Assembly: GCF_963676685.1 (NCBI RefSeq)
Contig: NC_092350.1
Location: 62,062,001-62,126,000 of the forward strand
DNA from: Mytilus edulis
Taxonomy: Eukaryota
Direction of reading: 5' to 3'
Length of the DNA: 64,000 nt
How positions within the stretch are numbered: the stretch's first letter is position 1; every line of letters begins with the position of its first letter. Below are positions 40,201-51,654 of this stretch, piece by piece. Below the pieces are notes generated by a model. It worked only from the letters and a program-made list of their open reading frames with translations, was not told the DNA's origin and did no database searches. The position numbers were made by a program, and so were the translations under genes.

Positions 40201-42793
40201 AGCAACAGTCATCATCGGAGTATCTTGTTAAAAACATGTGTCCGATGACCCGGCCCGCAAAGATAGCCACCATTGACAAAATAAAACATAGGGGTCAAAT
40301 GTAGATTTTCGCTTATATCTGGGACAATATACCTAATGCGCCTCTGATTGAGGAACAGAAAAGTTGTTTGTAAACAAAAACACTGTGTAGTGATATTGGA
40401 CATGTTTAAATTTTTAACAAGTGATTGAGCTTAACTTTTTGTGTTGATCTGGAAAGTATTGGACCTCAGAATAAATGTGTAAAAACTATGGAGTTATTAC
40501 ATGTATTCAAAGTATTAAATTTTCAAAGAAATTATTGTTTGAAAAAAGGGAGGCATGCTAATTTACAGAAAAATAAATCACACTTCGTACCCCGAAAATT
40601 TAACCAAATATGTGAAAATGTCTCAGCTTCGAAACAAGTCATCATACGTTTACAAGTTTACCATATGGGCTGAGCTACAGAAGAAAACGTTACCATTACC
40701 GCCTTTGGAGAAACAATTACGCATATTGCCCCATCTCAGAAACCAAAGCATTTTCAAATATGCCATAGGAAACATTTTGCATCAGCCAAGATCTGTCTAT
40801 CTTGCATTTTTCAAATGAATCATACGACCCTTGTGTTAGAGTTACACATTACGACATTAGTGAAGCACTGTCAGTAAAAAGCTGTGATGAATAAAAAATT
40901 AATGGAACTGAAGTCAAAGCGTCAGTGTGTAGTTGTAGAGGTTGACTCCTCAAAAAAGATCATGACAAGTTACTATATTAAGGGAATTAACCGACTGTTT
41001 ATGATATGAACAAATATTTTTAAAATAAAATTATATCTTTTAAAATGACAGATGATAAATAAAAATTCTAAAACCAGCATTTATGTCACTACACAAATTT
41101 TTTGATATCTTTTTAATATTTTATGAAATAAATTCATTATGGGTACAACACATAATTTGCAGAACAGGATGTAACCTTCTGGCCCACTGTGAAAAGTCGA
41201 AAGATTTCAATTTATTGGCATAGAAGGAATAAGCACATTAACCTAACCCACAACAATTCAAATATTGCTAATGGAGTATTTTAGTGATAAAATATTTTTC
41301 ATGTGTCATTTGATAAGTTACGGGGTTCGTGTAGTTTATTCTTTAGTTTTCTATGTTTTTTATGTGTACTATAGTTTGTCTGTTTGTCATTTTCGTCTTA
41401 AGCCATGGCGTTCTCAGTTTATTGTCGATTTATCAGTTTGACGGTGCCTCTGGTATCTTACGTCCCTCTTTTATATCTTATATATTCAATGTTTATTTTA
41501 TGTTTTAAAAAAGATTTGCGTGTTTGCTAATCCTGTAGTCATATATGGGTTATTGACATGGTTAAAATTCATATTGTTAGTGTAAGGGTTACTAATAATG
41601 TCAAATCAATGATATTTGGTATATAGTTAATTTATAATATCCTTTGTAAAAATATGCCGAGCATATTCAGTATGTATTCGTTTGTATTGTTGTGGAAATC
41701 ATTATTGGATACAATTTGTCTGTTCAACAATATAATCGTTGAAATTTTATCATTTACAATGAATAATCAATGAAATTGGAGGGAAACGTCGACCTACTAG
41801 TAGACCATTTCCACATCTGCAGGATGCATACTTAACTTTCAGTAAATTAGGAGAAATTGAACATACTTTTTATAGAGTAAACACATGTTTTTTTTCTATC
41901 TTTAAGATAGATAGGGTGTCTTCCTCCATCTTGGATTTTGAAGTACCAGAAAACAAGGTCTAATCCTTTAATAGAATGCGCAAATTTTGAGAGTACTATG
42001 TAATTCATGTGTAAGAATTTTCCTTTCGATATAGAAAATGACAGGTTTCATCATATTTATGGTTATATTTCACAAAAAAACTGAAAACTTTTGTTTGATT
42101 AAAAAAAATTATTCAAACTTTGCCACATAAGGGGAGACAACTCAAATACAAGAGCAGATAATTCAGATTTAGGTACTTTTACAATAAATAGAATGTGTTA
42201 GGAATTTACCTATTTTATAATGAAGCAAGAAAACTTATCCGGTGACCCCATTTTTTTCATTTTCTTAACTGAAGGCATACTATTAAAGCTACCTTCTCAA
42301 ATGTTATCTCAAAATTATATGGTGTAGTTTACGCTTTATAGCAGAAAATTGGGTTTTCCATGCATAATCTATACAAAACCTGTCAATTTAGAACACCGCG
42401 TATAAAAAAGATCATCAGGTATATGCCTTTGTTCAATTAATAAAATGACACTGTTTTCACGATGAATCAAGAAACAACAACACGACCAAAGAGCAACAGA
42501 AAGCCACTAATTGGTCTTTAACGCAGCGACAAAATCCTGTACACGAAGGCAAGCTTCAGCTGGCCCCAAAACAGACATGTGGACACGCATACCACGCCAT
42601 GCGATTCCAATCTCAATATCTTATAAAACAAAACTATCATACAATATCTTTTACATGAACAAATTGTTGTGTTTTAAAGCAAAGATTAGTATTATAATAA
42701 TGTATATCGATGTATCGATGTTAAGTAAAGAGTTACCTTAATTGAATTCGCAATTTTCGACACAATCAACAACACAAAATATTGTATAATCAT
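30999..42793 (-). CDS. Gene copy 2 (spliced): secreted WSC + PAN/apple-like protein, 209 aa
   Basis: Exons 42793-42737, 38228-38210, 37839-37691, 32925-32769, 31246-30999; 630 nt open frame: MIIQYFVLLIVSKIANSIK-CQVQVI-DDNDYVGCFIDSFTRLL...FCLLYCKEQGYIYSGTE-NRAECHCGDDPY...CNRECVGDSEQICGGGWRLSVYET-GYVPYKQ...SKIECARYCQMAENCKVF...YMMK*. Confidence 0.88.
31528..31737 (+). repeat. Tandem duplication of about 105 bp in the copy 2 last intron
   Basis: attaatgtgtgcgatataagc...gaagtaaaaac occurs twice, near identical. Confidence 0.9.
32250..32695 (+). mobile_element. 5'-truncated Penelope-like RT fragment plus tail repeat
   Basis: Translates RKLLNQEFKMVKLKSFLRKFYGRNHELVDRYG, then the common tail repeat. 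Confidence 0.65.
32769..32925 (-). CDS. Copy 2 WSC exon 2
   Basis: ttgtag|NRAECHCGDDPYQYGPEDVSDYHIKDYDCNRECVGDSEQICGGGWRLSVYET-G|gtatgt, 157 nt. Confidence 0.9.
35645..36912 (+). mobile_element. Decayed Tc1/mariner transposon, internally deleted
   Basis: TA|cacatggaaaaaagtattgcaacacc ... ggtgttgcaatatttttttccatgtg|TA; transposase remnant WPDYSPDF/NHIEHIW...EWLRLPQ...RLV...AVIRLNGGY (WP..SPDLNPIE..W motif). Confidence 0.9.
37691..37839 (-). CDS. Copy 2 WSC exon 1
   Basis: gaacag|(D)DNDYVGCFIDSFTRLLTHQYVLDNETPDMENNFCLLYCKEQGYIYSGTE|gtaatg, 149 nt. Confidence 0.9.
38210..38228 (-). CDS. Copy 2 19-nt micro-exon (CQVQVI)
   Basis: ttttcag|TGTCAAGTACAGGTGATTG|gtgagt. Confidence 0.8.
40093..40330 (+). 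mobile_element. Helentron-associated (HINE-like) element fragment
   Basis: tagctcacctggctcaaagggccaagtgagct subterminal hairpin, typical of this class. Confidence 0.5.
42737..42793 (-). CDS. Copy 2 signal-peptide exon, type B (MIIQYFVLLIVSKIANSIK)
   Basis: ATG...AAG|gtaact, hydrophobic core, phase 0. Confidence 0.75.
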
Positions 42794-44967
42794 CCTTCTA
42801 TGGCGAGTTTCAATGACAGAATGACAGCTATATAAAATTACCTAACATGATCTCTAGACAAACAGATAATCAGTCACTACTGATGAATTACGTAATGAAA
42901 AATTATTGCTTCAAGCTTTGTCTACAGTGAATGCATTTGCAAGTACGATAATCAATTTTGAATGTGCTTTTTAGATATTGTATTATATTAATTCCATAAG
43001 TTTTGAACGGTTGCATAAAACAAAAGATCTTCAGCAAATAAGTGTGATATACTTGCCAATAAGACATCTCTGTATAAGAAATCAAATAACACAGACGGCA
43101 AATTCATTTTATAGCTTGCTTGTTAGTGTGAGCCAAGGTTCCGTGTCATGTTTTAGGATTTTTGTCATTTTTTTTTCGGAATCGTCTGGTTTTATCCATT
43201 TGAATGTATTAACAATTTTTTCCCATTGACCCCAATTTTTCTTTTTATAAATCTTTTACTTGTATAATTACAAGCCATCTGACTAAATCTTATACAATCT
43301 TAGTTATTTTGTAATAGTTTTTGAGAGCTTAAACTTGTCAATGATAAAGCTAGGAAAAATAACGAGAGAACCTTTTCCTAACAAAATATTAATGGCTAAT
43401 ATCTCGTCAACAAGAACATTGACCTATTTATTTATTTTACTTTGTTGGTTCCTTTATTAATCCCCTATCAATATCTACGAATGTTATGAAAAGCTTGTCA
43501 TTTTGAAACTGAGTAGCGAACCTCCTTAAAGGCCGTACTTTGACCTATAATGGTTTACTTTTACAAATTGTGACTTGTATAGCGAGTTGTATCATTGGCA
43601 CCCATATAACATCTTCATATATTATAAGTTAGGTAAAACAAAAAGTCCAAAATAGGGGTGCAGCAGTCAAAAACCTTGCGTTATGAGCTTAGTAACTATA
43701 AAAAATAAAAAAGTCAATATCAACAAAAACACAAATAGGTATATATAGAAAACACACTGATTAACATACTTCATGTTTTTATGAACGACAAGTTTAAAGG
43801 AAAAAAAATCGTCAGAGAAACAAACCAGATGAAAATAGAGATAAATTAAATATGCTTATCCATTTTCTGACGTTTCTAATTTAGGTTACACCGTTGGTTT
43901 TCCTGTCTGATTGGTTTTACACTATTCATGTTGGGGCCCTTTAAAGCTTGCTTGTTGGTGTGACCAAAGGGTCAGTGTTGAAGGCCGTACTTTGACCTAT
44001 AATGGTTCACTTTTACGAATTGTGACTTGAATGGAGAGTTGTCTTATTGGCACCTATACAACATCTTCTTAAATGCATATAATAGGTAAATATGTCAAAA
44101 ATAGGGGTGCAGCATTCAACCTTGTGATATAATCTTAATAACTATAAAAAAAATAAAAAATATGTAAACATCACCAAAACACAAAAAGATATATAGACAA
44201 AGCACGCTAGCAAACATGAAAGACAAGAATACAAAAATGTACCATATCACAATAACACAATTATGGAATGTGTTAGTATCAAGGCACATCAAATGCATAT
44301 TAGCAACAATATACTATAAAATAAAAGTAATATTCGCAAAGACGAATACATAATAATATAACACACTATTAAGATGATAAACAACATCAGTACCTACAAT
44401 GCATACTGCAATAACATCCTGTATTGTTTGTGAAGTTGATGTGGAAAATTTATCAACAAAGTCTTTGTATGTTGAGATGAACTTTTTTAGAATAAGGATG
44501 ACGTGTTTTGACATACCACTAGTTCATCAACTTTTTTCTCAGACACTGACGAATGCAGATGTTATTATATCACCTTCATTATAATTGATCGAACGTGACA
44601 TGAAGTAATAAAGTTAATTTTCCTTTCAAAGCAAGAATAATAAATAACCCTGAAAAATCCTTATGTGCAGTCAATGAATATATCAATTTGTTTATTTGGT
44701 ATGATTGCCAATTATGTAGCTTTCCCGAAGGACCACAGGACAAAAAAGTAAATTTCAAAACTCATTCTTATTGGGTTTTTTTTGGCGTCACTGAATGAAT
44801 GAACGATCTTTATTATCATAAACAAACTACATATTAACAGAGAAGATAGTATTACAATAATAACAAATATTAAAATAGCATAAGTGAAATACGAATTATT
44901 ATTAAGGGATATTATAATATATGTTTCATTGTATTTGGACAAAAGATAAATAAAGGCAGCAGTGTTT

Positions 44968-45520
44968 TTAACCAGGAGGAAAGCCTTTCAAATACATAGA
45001 TTTAATAAATCTACACAGTTTATTAAACTCAACACAATTTTGGGTTGAACACACTTGTTTGTATTTCATAAAATTTAAGTTTTTACTGTAATATTGTGTA
45101 AAGTATATGCTTCCTTCATGTTTGATATAAGTACATGACATGATATCATGGTATTCATCATCGATGTCAGCTAAGTCAGAAAGGTGACACACTACTCGAT
45201 GTCTTAGAATAGTGCGCCACTTTCCGTTCCAATTGGTAAACGGTTATATTTACATCTAAATTATCAGAAGGTAGTTAATAAATTAAATGGTAGTACTGAT
45301 AACTGATATTAGTTTCAAATTGAAAAAAAAACCAACAGCATTTAACAATATATAACACAGTTGCATTGTTTATTTCGGTTGACTATGTTGACCATTCTTA
45401 AATAAAGTGGTTTCTGAATATTTGCTGAACACTGAATACGACCTAACGGTTTTTAAATAAGTTGTGATGGTTATTTACATTTTGATGTAAGTTTCTTATA
45501 AAATCATCATAGCAATTTAC
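44968..45520 (-). mobile_element. Decayed LINE ORF2 3' end
   Basis: NRLPIGT, then C....DIDDEYH.IMSC...YY....N..K...LCRFIK (C-terminal Zn-knuckle-like region); frameshifts. Confidence 0.6.
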
Positions 45521-46450
45521 TCTCCAGGTCTGTCAATTTTTATTTCAATGAAGATTGATAATGCATTAAAAAAAGATGTAAAGTTTATTCCTAAGTGCGA
45601 CTCATTTGTTACAAGTTTGGCTGTCAACAGCACAAGGGTAGTTCAAATGAATGAACCCTTCCAATGAATAACGTATGCAAGTCAAGAATATTTCACTCGA
45701 ACCTCTGACCTCTATCTTCGTTAAAACACCTCTGATGTATGTGATGATTCCAATTGTATGTGAGTGGTAAACATTTCACCTATTAGAAAGATTTTCGGCG
45801 AGAATCTTGTAATTGCTTTGATCGCACATGAATAATTATTTCTAATTTCTATAGATGTTTATTATTTTGGAGGGCATTAACAAAGACAAAGAGAGAAAAG
45901 AATAAACCAGTTTACATCATGTCAGTGTGTATTCAATTACATCAATGGTTTGTCTGAGTTTAACATAATCGCATAAGAAAGCAGATGAGGTGTTCAATAA
46001 CTTAAACACTGTTATGTATTAAGGCCTTAGTAACACTCCTTCATTAATGGTTGTAAATATTAAGTCACATTTCTAATATTTTCGTGTACATATAAATATT
46101 TGTTTATATTATTAGACTTTGATATATGTAATATACAAATAGGCAAACAGATGAGATATTCTTAAAACTGTAATGTATGAAGGCCTCAATTACTCTTTTC
46201 GATTAATGTCCTATTTCTATTACTTTCGTGTAAAGCTTTTAAAAATAAGTATTGGTAAAAAAGTGACACCTAACATCAATCCGAATTCAGAAAGCAACAA
46301 ATCGTATTTGGAAGACTCCGTATACATACTTTTAGTATTTTATTGTAATTATATTACAAAATAATGATCACATGATGCTAGTATTACTTGACTTACAATT
46401 GCTTTGATTTTTACTCATAACATAATTACAGAAGTAACTGAGCTAATGAA

Positions 46451-46471
46451 AATCCACCACGCCTTCGACCA

Positions 46472-46502
<31 letters not shown>

Positions 46503-46686
46503 GTAAATCATGTTTTATTGATAGTTTTTCACATTTGTTAGTGGATACATCAAATACCGGTACCTTATCCCGGCCTCGTTAACCGTTATTAGTATATATT
46601 AAATTCTGTTAGTACTTGTTAGTTTAATTTGTCTGTAAAACATACATTTATAAATTATAATATAATCCAACACGCCTCCGACCATT
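46451..46686 (-). mobile_element. Short polyadenylated retro-insertion with long target-site duplication
   Basis: aatccaccacgccttcgacca + poly(T) ... aatccaacacgcctccgacca; minus-strand AATAAA shortly before the poly(A). Confidence 0.7.
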
Positions 46687-49600
46687 TTGTTTTGTTCATA
46701 TTGCATTGATAAAAGCCTTCAAATACGAGTCTCTGTGATCAAAGAAATGGCTAAACATGGCTAAGAAATTTGCATAAGAATTAAACATAAGCGAAGGGTG
46801 AAAAAAGCTGCAATGCAGCAAAATAAGCTAAAGTTTATGCTATCACAAGCTATAAAACAGGTTGTTAACATTTCGCATACAAAAATTAACTAATGACGAG
46901 CAATTAATATTATCCAGAGGTTTAAAATTCATTCCGTCACCGTCAGTCAAAAAGGAAAAGCAGGATTTATTTCATGATTTTAATGAACGAGGGACGAAAG
47001 ATACCAGATGGACAGTCAACATCATAGATTGAAAATAAACTTACAACGCCATGGCTAAAAAATAAAAATACAAACAGACAAATAGTAGTACATAAGACAC
47101 AACATAGAAAACTAAAGACAACTGGGTATGATCTCAACATACGTTACAAATGAAACTAAGCAAAATGACAATTATTCACACATATTAAAATAAGGACTAC
47201 TAGCAGTTACTGACATGCCTGATCCAGACTTTAATTAACTTGATTAAAAAGTTATGTTCAGTATCATATCTTTCTATAAGAATATAATAAATACCATGCT
47301 AACAACTGTTTTCAGAAGGTTTTTTAATGCAAAGACCCAAGGAGTGAATCAATATCAAGTCCCCCCGAAAGAAGTCATCTGTAATGACTCGACAACGGTA
47401 TCGTTACAATGTTGTTTATTCTTTAGTTTTCTATGTTGTGTCGTATGTGCTGTTGTTTGTTTGTCTTTTTCATTTTTAGTCATGGCGTTGTCAGTTTGTT
47501 TTAGATTTATGAGTTTGACTGTCCCTTTGGTATCTTTCGTCCCTCTTTTACAATATTTGTTAAGTCTTTTTAAAGGTTTGGTTAGCTTTTGAGGAGAATT
47601 GCGACATTTTCGTGCTTTGTTTAGAATATTACCATGATCATAGATTGGACGAGAATACTATTGATAGTCGTAACGTATCAATTGAGACATAAAAGTACAA
47701 CAAATGCATGCAATATGTGCAGATCGTATGCTCCTGTTCAAGAAAAAAAATTAACATCTAATGTTTGAATATATACTCCTCAAATATAACAGGATTACAA
47801 ATTTTGTTCACCAGTCTACAGAAGACTCGTCACGAAGGCTCAAATAAAAAAAAATCACAATAAAATTACCGCGATGATAATATTGTGTTGCTCATTTTGA
47901 GTTGACGAATACATGGATTTGAAGCATAAGTGAATGCATTTTTGTTGCCATGAATTATTAGCATCAGATCAGTGAACGAGAGGAAAACAATAGTATTTTC
48001 GAAGAATCATCATCCAAATTCAACATGTTAATTTTCTATAAAAAAACTAGCCATTCAATTTAATTTTTTTTAACTGGTCACAACCATATATCTTTTCTTC
48101 GATCTATGAGTTTGGCTGTCCCTCTGGTATCTTTCGCTCCTCTTTTCTAACATTGACTCTGATTTTTCCCAACTAGATTGTACTGTTACAGTATCTTTTG
48201 TTGTGTGTTTGTGTATACAACATTAGTAGAAGTATAGGGGAATGCTTTAGAAGTAATAAACACTGTTGAAGCCCGCAAGTATTTTGAATCTCGACCTTTG
48301 TACTTTTTGCATGTTTTTAGAGTTTAATGTGAAGTCCATCTTTGCTGCACTGGTAATTTTTGTTAAGCGTCCCCATGAAGCCCGCCGCTGTGTGTATTTC
48401 ATACATTTTTCAAGATTGTTTTTCTAGAAATACAATCCAGATATCTTCAGGCAGATATACAGGCAGATATCGTCAGCTGCAATGTCTCGCCAATATAATC
48501 ATTCAGGGGTATTTTATAAATGACACAGTTATTGATCAATAGATTTTAATGTTTTTCGACATCTCATAGATACCACGTTACTAAGTTTACATGTATCACT
48601 ATCTATATCTACATAAATTATCATTCAAACGAAGATAGAAAAAAATGTTTTTTATTGGATAAAGAATAAGCAATATAATGAACGGTAAACATTTTTTTTT
48701 TAAATATGAAAGTGTAATTATGTGTCATTAGTAACAAGAAATGACACATACAGTAACTGATATAGGTAAAAAAAAAACCACCCAAATGTTATAAAATGCC
48801 TGTCAGAAGAAAAACATAATATAATTATTAGTAAATCTTACTCAATCTATAATTTAAAAAAAGACACTGCATTATTTGATCAAAAAATATTTTCACTTTC
48901 ATTTAAAGCAATACATTTTCGATTGTATGCATCAAATCTTCGTGCAGTGTGATGGGCCTCGGCGCTCTAAGTAGTTGAACTATAGTCTGTCATCAGGAAA
49001 TATGGCGGATGGTAGAGGTACAACCTTAGATCGTTGGGCAATTATCAACTGCAAGGTAATGGTTATCTTTGTTCAAGATCAATATTGTGTGTGTTCCATG
49101 CGTGCAGTCCCGTTGGTTGATATAGTGGAGCTTATGATTCTAATTTAAAAAAAAATTTATATTAAAGTTTTTTTTTTTAATTTGCTGATAACAAAATTCA
49201 AATAATGTTGAACAAATTTACAATATCAAACGAATTATACCAACAGATAAAAAGGATGCAATGTTGGCCCTCATGACTAGATGAGTAACAATGTTTTCTT
49301 TACTATACCAAAAACAGTTTAATCAAAAACAAATCACCGCCATTGTCTCTTCTTTGCAGGAAAATGAATGTAACAAATCACCGCCATTGCCTCTTCTTTG
49401 CAGGTAATTCTAATATGACGTGCTTCTTTAGCTTTGTAAACAACACTGTGATAAAATTCTCGATAAATTATACTTAGCGCAGACTCAGAGATATACATAA
49501 TAATGGCTGTTACACTATACTTCCCATGTAAATCTACATATATTGGAACCTATTTGCAGACCCTTTGCCGATTTTATTGTTTTAAAAAGTGCAATTAAAA

Positions 49601-50203
49601 AAAGACAAAATAACTTTTATTCTTATTTGTATGCATAATAAAAAGAAGTAATGCACAAGAGCTCAGAGAAGTCAACAAAATAAAAATTAAATAAAAGTCC
49701 GCGAAAGTCTATTAATCTTTTTGGCGCATTTAAGTCATTTCAAAATATGACGTCATACAAATGAAACCGCTAAAGTTGAAAGTTTTCTGTTACGTGAACC
49801 ATCGGAATTTGTATGATATTGTATTAAAACTGATTTTTTAGGTAGGTTTTGTTTTATTTTCTATTCTATTGCATTATTCGCATATTTACTCATTTCAGCA
49901 ACTCAACATGGCGGCTCCTTAGTTACAAAATGTCAACTTTGGAATTGACGGAAGCTTATGAGAAAAACATGTAAATTAAAAATGGTATATGTTGGGTTTG
50001 AGAATTTAATAATTAAAAAGTTTTTTTTTCTAGCGGTTATTCACGAAATAACCTACGCAAGCTACATATTTATAAAGATATTTGAGATTTATCTATCAGG
50101 GAGTAAAAAGGAACAGCCACACACACACAGCATACCTACCCTCGCTTCAGTTTTTTGATGACCGTATTTGTCCTATTAGAATCGAAATAATTCATGGAAG
50201 CCA

Positions 50204-50312
50204 TAGCTTGTTGGAAATTGACACATGGCTAACGCTCAGGATAAAATTCGAATATCACGGCCCAGGCCATGTGTAAATTTCCAAAAATCTGTGGCTTCCA
50301 TGAATTATTTCT
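50204..50312. repeat. Foldback palindrome
   Basis: Arms including ggaaattgacacatggc / gccatgtgtaaatttcc, extended by gaaataattcatggaagcca (about 50184) / tggcttccatgaattatttc. Confidence 0.7.
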
Positions 50313-50956
50313 TAAATAAACATGATCAATGTAATGTAAACAAAAAACGAAATATATCAAAGGAATATTCAACCACATAAGTCAAAAATCAAATTACAAC
50401 ACCACGGCTAAAATAGAAACAGACCAATAGACAAACAACATTAGACAAAACACAAAATTGAAAACTAAAGAATGACCAACACGAACCAAACCTAACAATT
50501 ATACAATTAACTGCAATATTTGAAAAGTAAAAAGAGTTACTGTAATACGGTGAGAATTGTTTGTTTGGATTAAGCAAATTAATATTGATTTTGTTTTAAA
50601 AGAAAATGTCACCACAATAGTGCTTGTCTAATAATCCCAAATTTCGGATCACATTTTACTAAGCATATATAAGATAAATTTGTTTCAGTCTAAAAGAAAA
50701 AGTAATAACATTTAAAAATAACACATTTGTATCGTCACATATATCTATCGAAAATCGACATGTGCTAAATTAAAACAACAGAAGTATACCACTGTGCGAA
50801 ATTCATAAATAGATTGAGGAAAAAACAAATCATGAAAAATAAAGTTATACCGGATATTTAAAACAAATAGTGTGCAAAAAATTACAGTTATACTCCAATT
50901 GAAGGTTAATTTAAGCCAGTATTTATATGCAGTTGTTTCACTAGTATATTTTACGC

Positions 50957-51125
50957 TTATTTCATCATATAAACCTGGAATCCCTGTACGATTTGAACTC
51001 CTTCACACATAACGGTGTGGCTATTATACAAACTGCACTCTTTTGTTTCTGTGGAAATTACGAATACTTTACAGTTGTCAGAAATTTTGCAATACTGTGC
51101 ACAATCAATTTTACTTCTTGATGCA
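50957..51125 (-). pseudogene. Orphaned 3' half of a PAN exon
   Basis: Open frame ASRSKIDCAQYCKISDNCKVFVISTETKECSLYNSHTVMCEGVQIVQGFQVYMMK* fused directly to intron-homologous sequence; no phase-1 compatible acceptor found. Confidence 0.8.
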
Positions 51126-51534
51126 AAGATCATCTTTTAGCTGAAGTGATGAAAAGATTAAATTTGGAATACATGCAACCAGTTCAATGTACATTCTTTT
51201 GCTGAATATCAGAAAACACGCACCTATTTGACACCTCCAATCTCGTTCTTTTTTGATAAATTTGATCCATCCGTGTTGTATGTTGTGCTTTGGTTTGTGG
51301 GTTATTGATGTTGGATATTATTCCGTTATCTATATGTCTGACTAGGCGAACATAAACAAAATGAAGTAACAAAAATGTTATGTGCATTATCCAATTTTAT
51401 GATAATCAACTAAAAGGAGGCACAATTAAGGAATCAAAATGTAACACTACAATATGAATCTGACCTTAACAATATAAAGACGGAACATCAAAGACAACAG
51501 ACTCAGAGCTTCGATTAACAAATAGATTTGTTCC

Positions 51535-51654
51535 CATACTGTGCACATTAACTTACACTTATTGATGGTAGGACTTGGTTTCCCGTTGCTGTAACGTTCG
51601 TGTTATTTTAGACTAACTTATACTAAACCCAACTTTGCTTATAAGGTAAATAGC
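51535..51654 (-). pseudogene. 5' half of copy 3 PAN exon with three in-frame stops
   Basis: ttgcag|(G)YLPYKQSWV*YKLV*NNTNVTATGNQVLPSISVS*CAQY. Confidence 0.8.

Noticed and set aside
42875-42912. CTGATGA-attacgtaat-GAAA hammerhead-like core upstream of copy 2
   Set aside because: No stem I pairing or valid stem III, and not conserved in the paralogous region near 29560
49328-49405. Duplicated aacaaatcaccgccattg.ctcttctttgcagg resembling splice acceptors
   Set aside because: Simple 45-bp tandem duplication with no supportable exon chain
51125-51142. Cryptic acceptor that would rescue the copy 3 PAN 3' half
   Set aside because: cttcag| with phase 1 gives an immediate TGA; aaag| puts the exon out of frame
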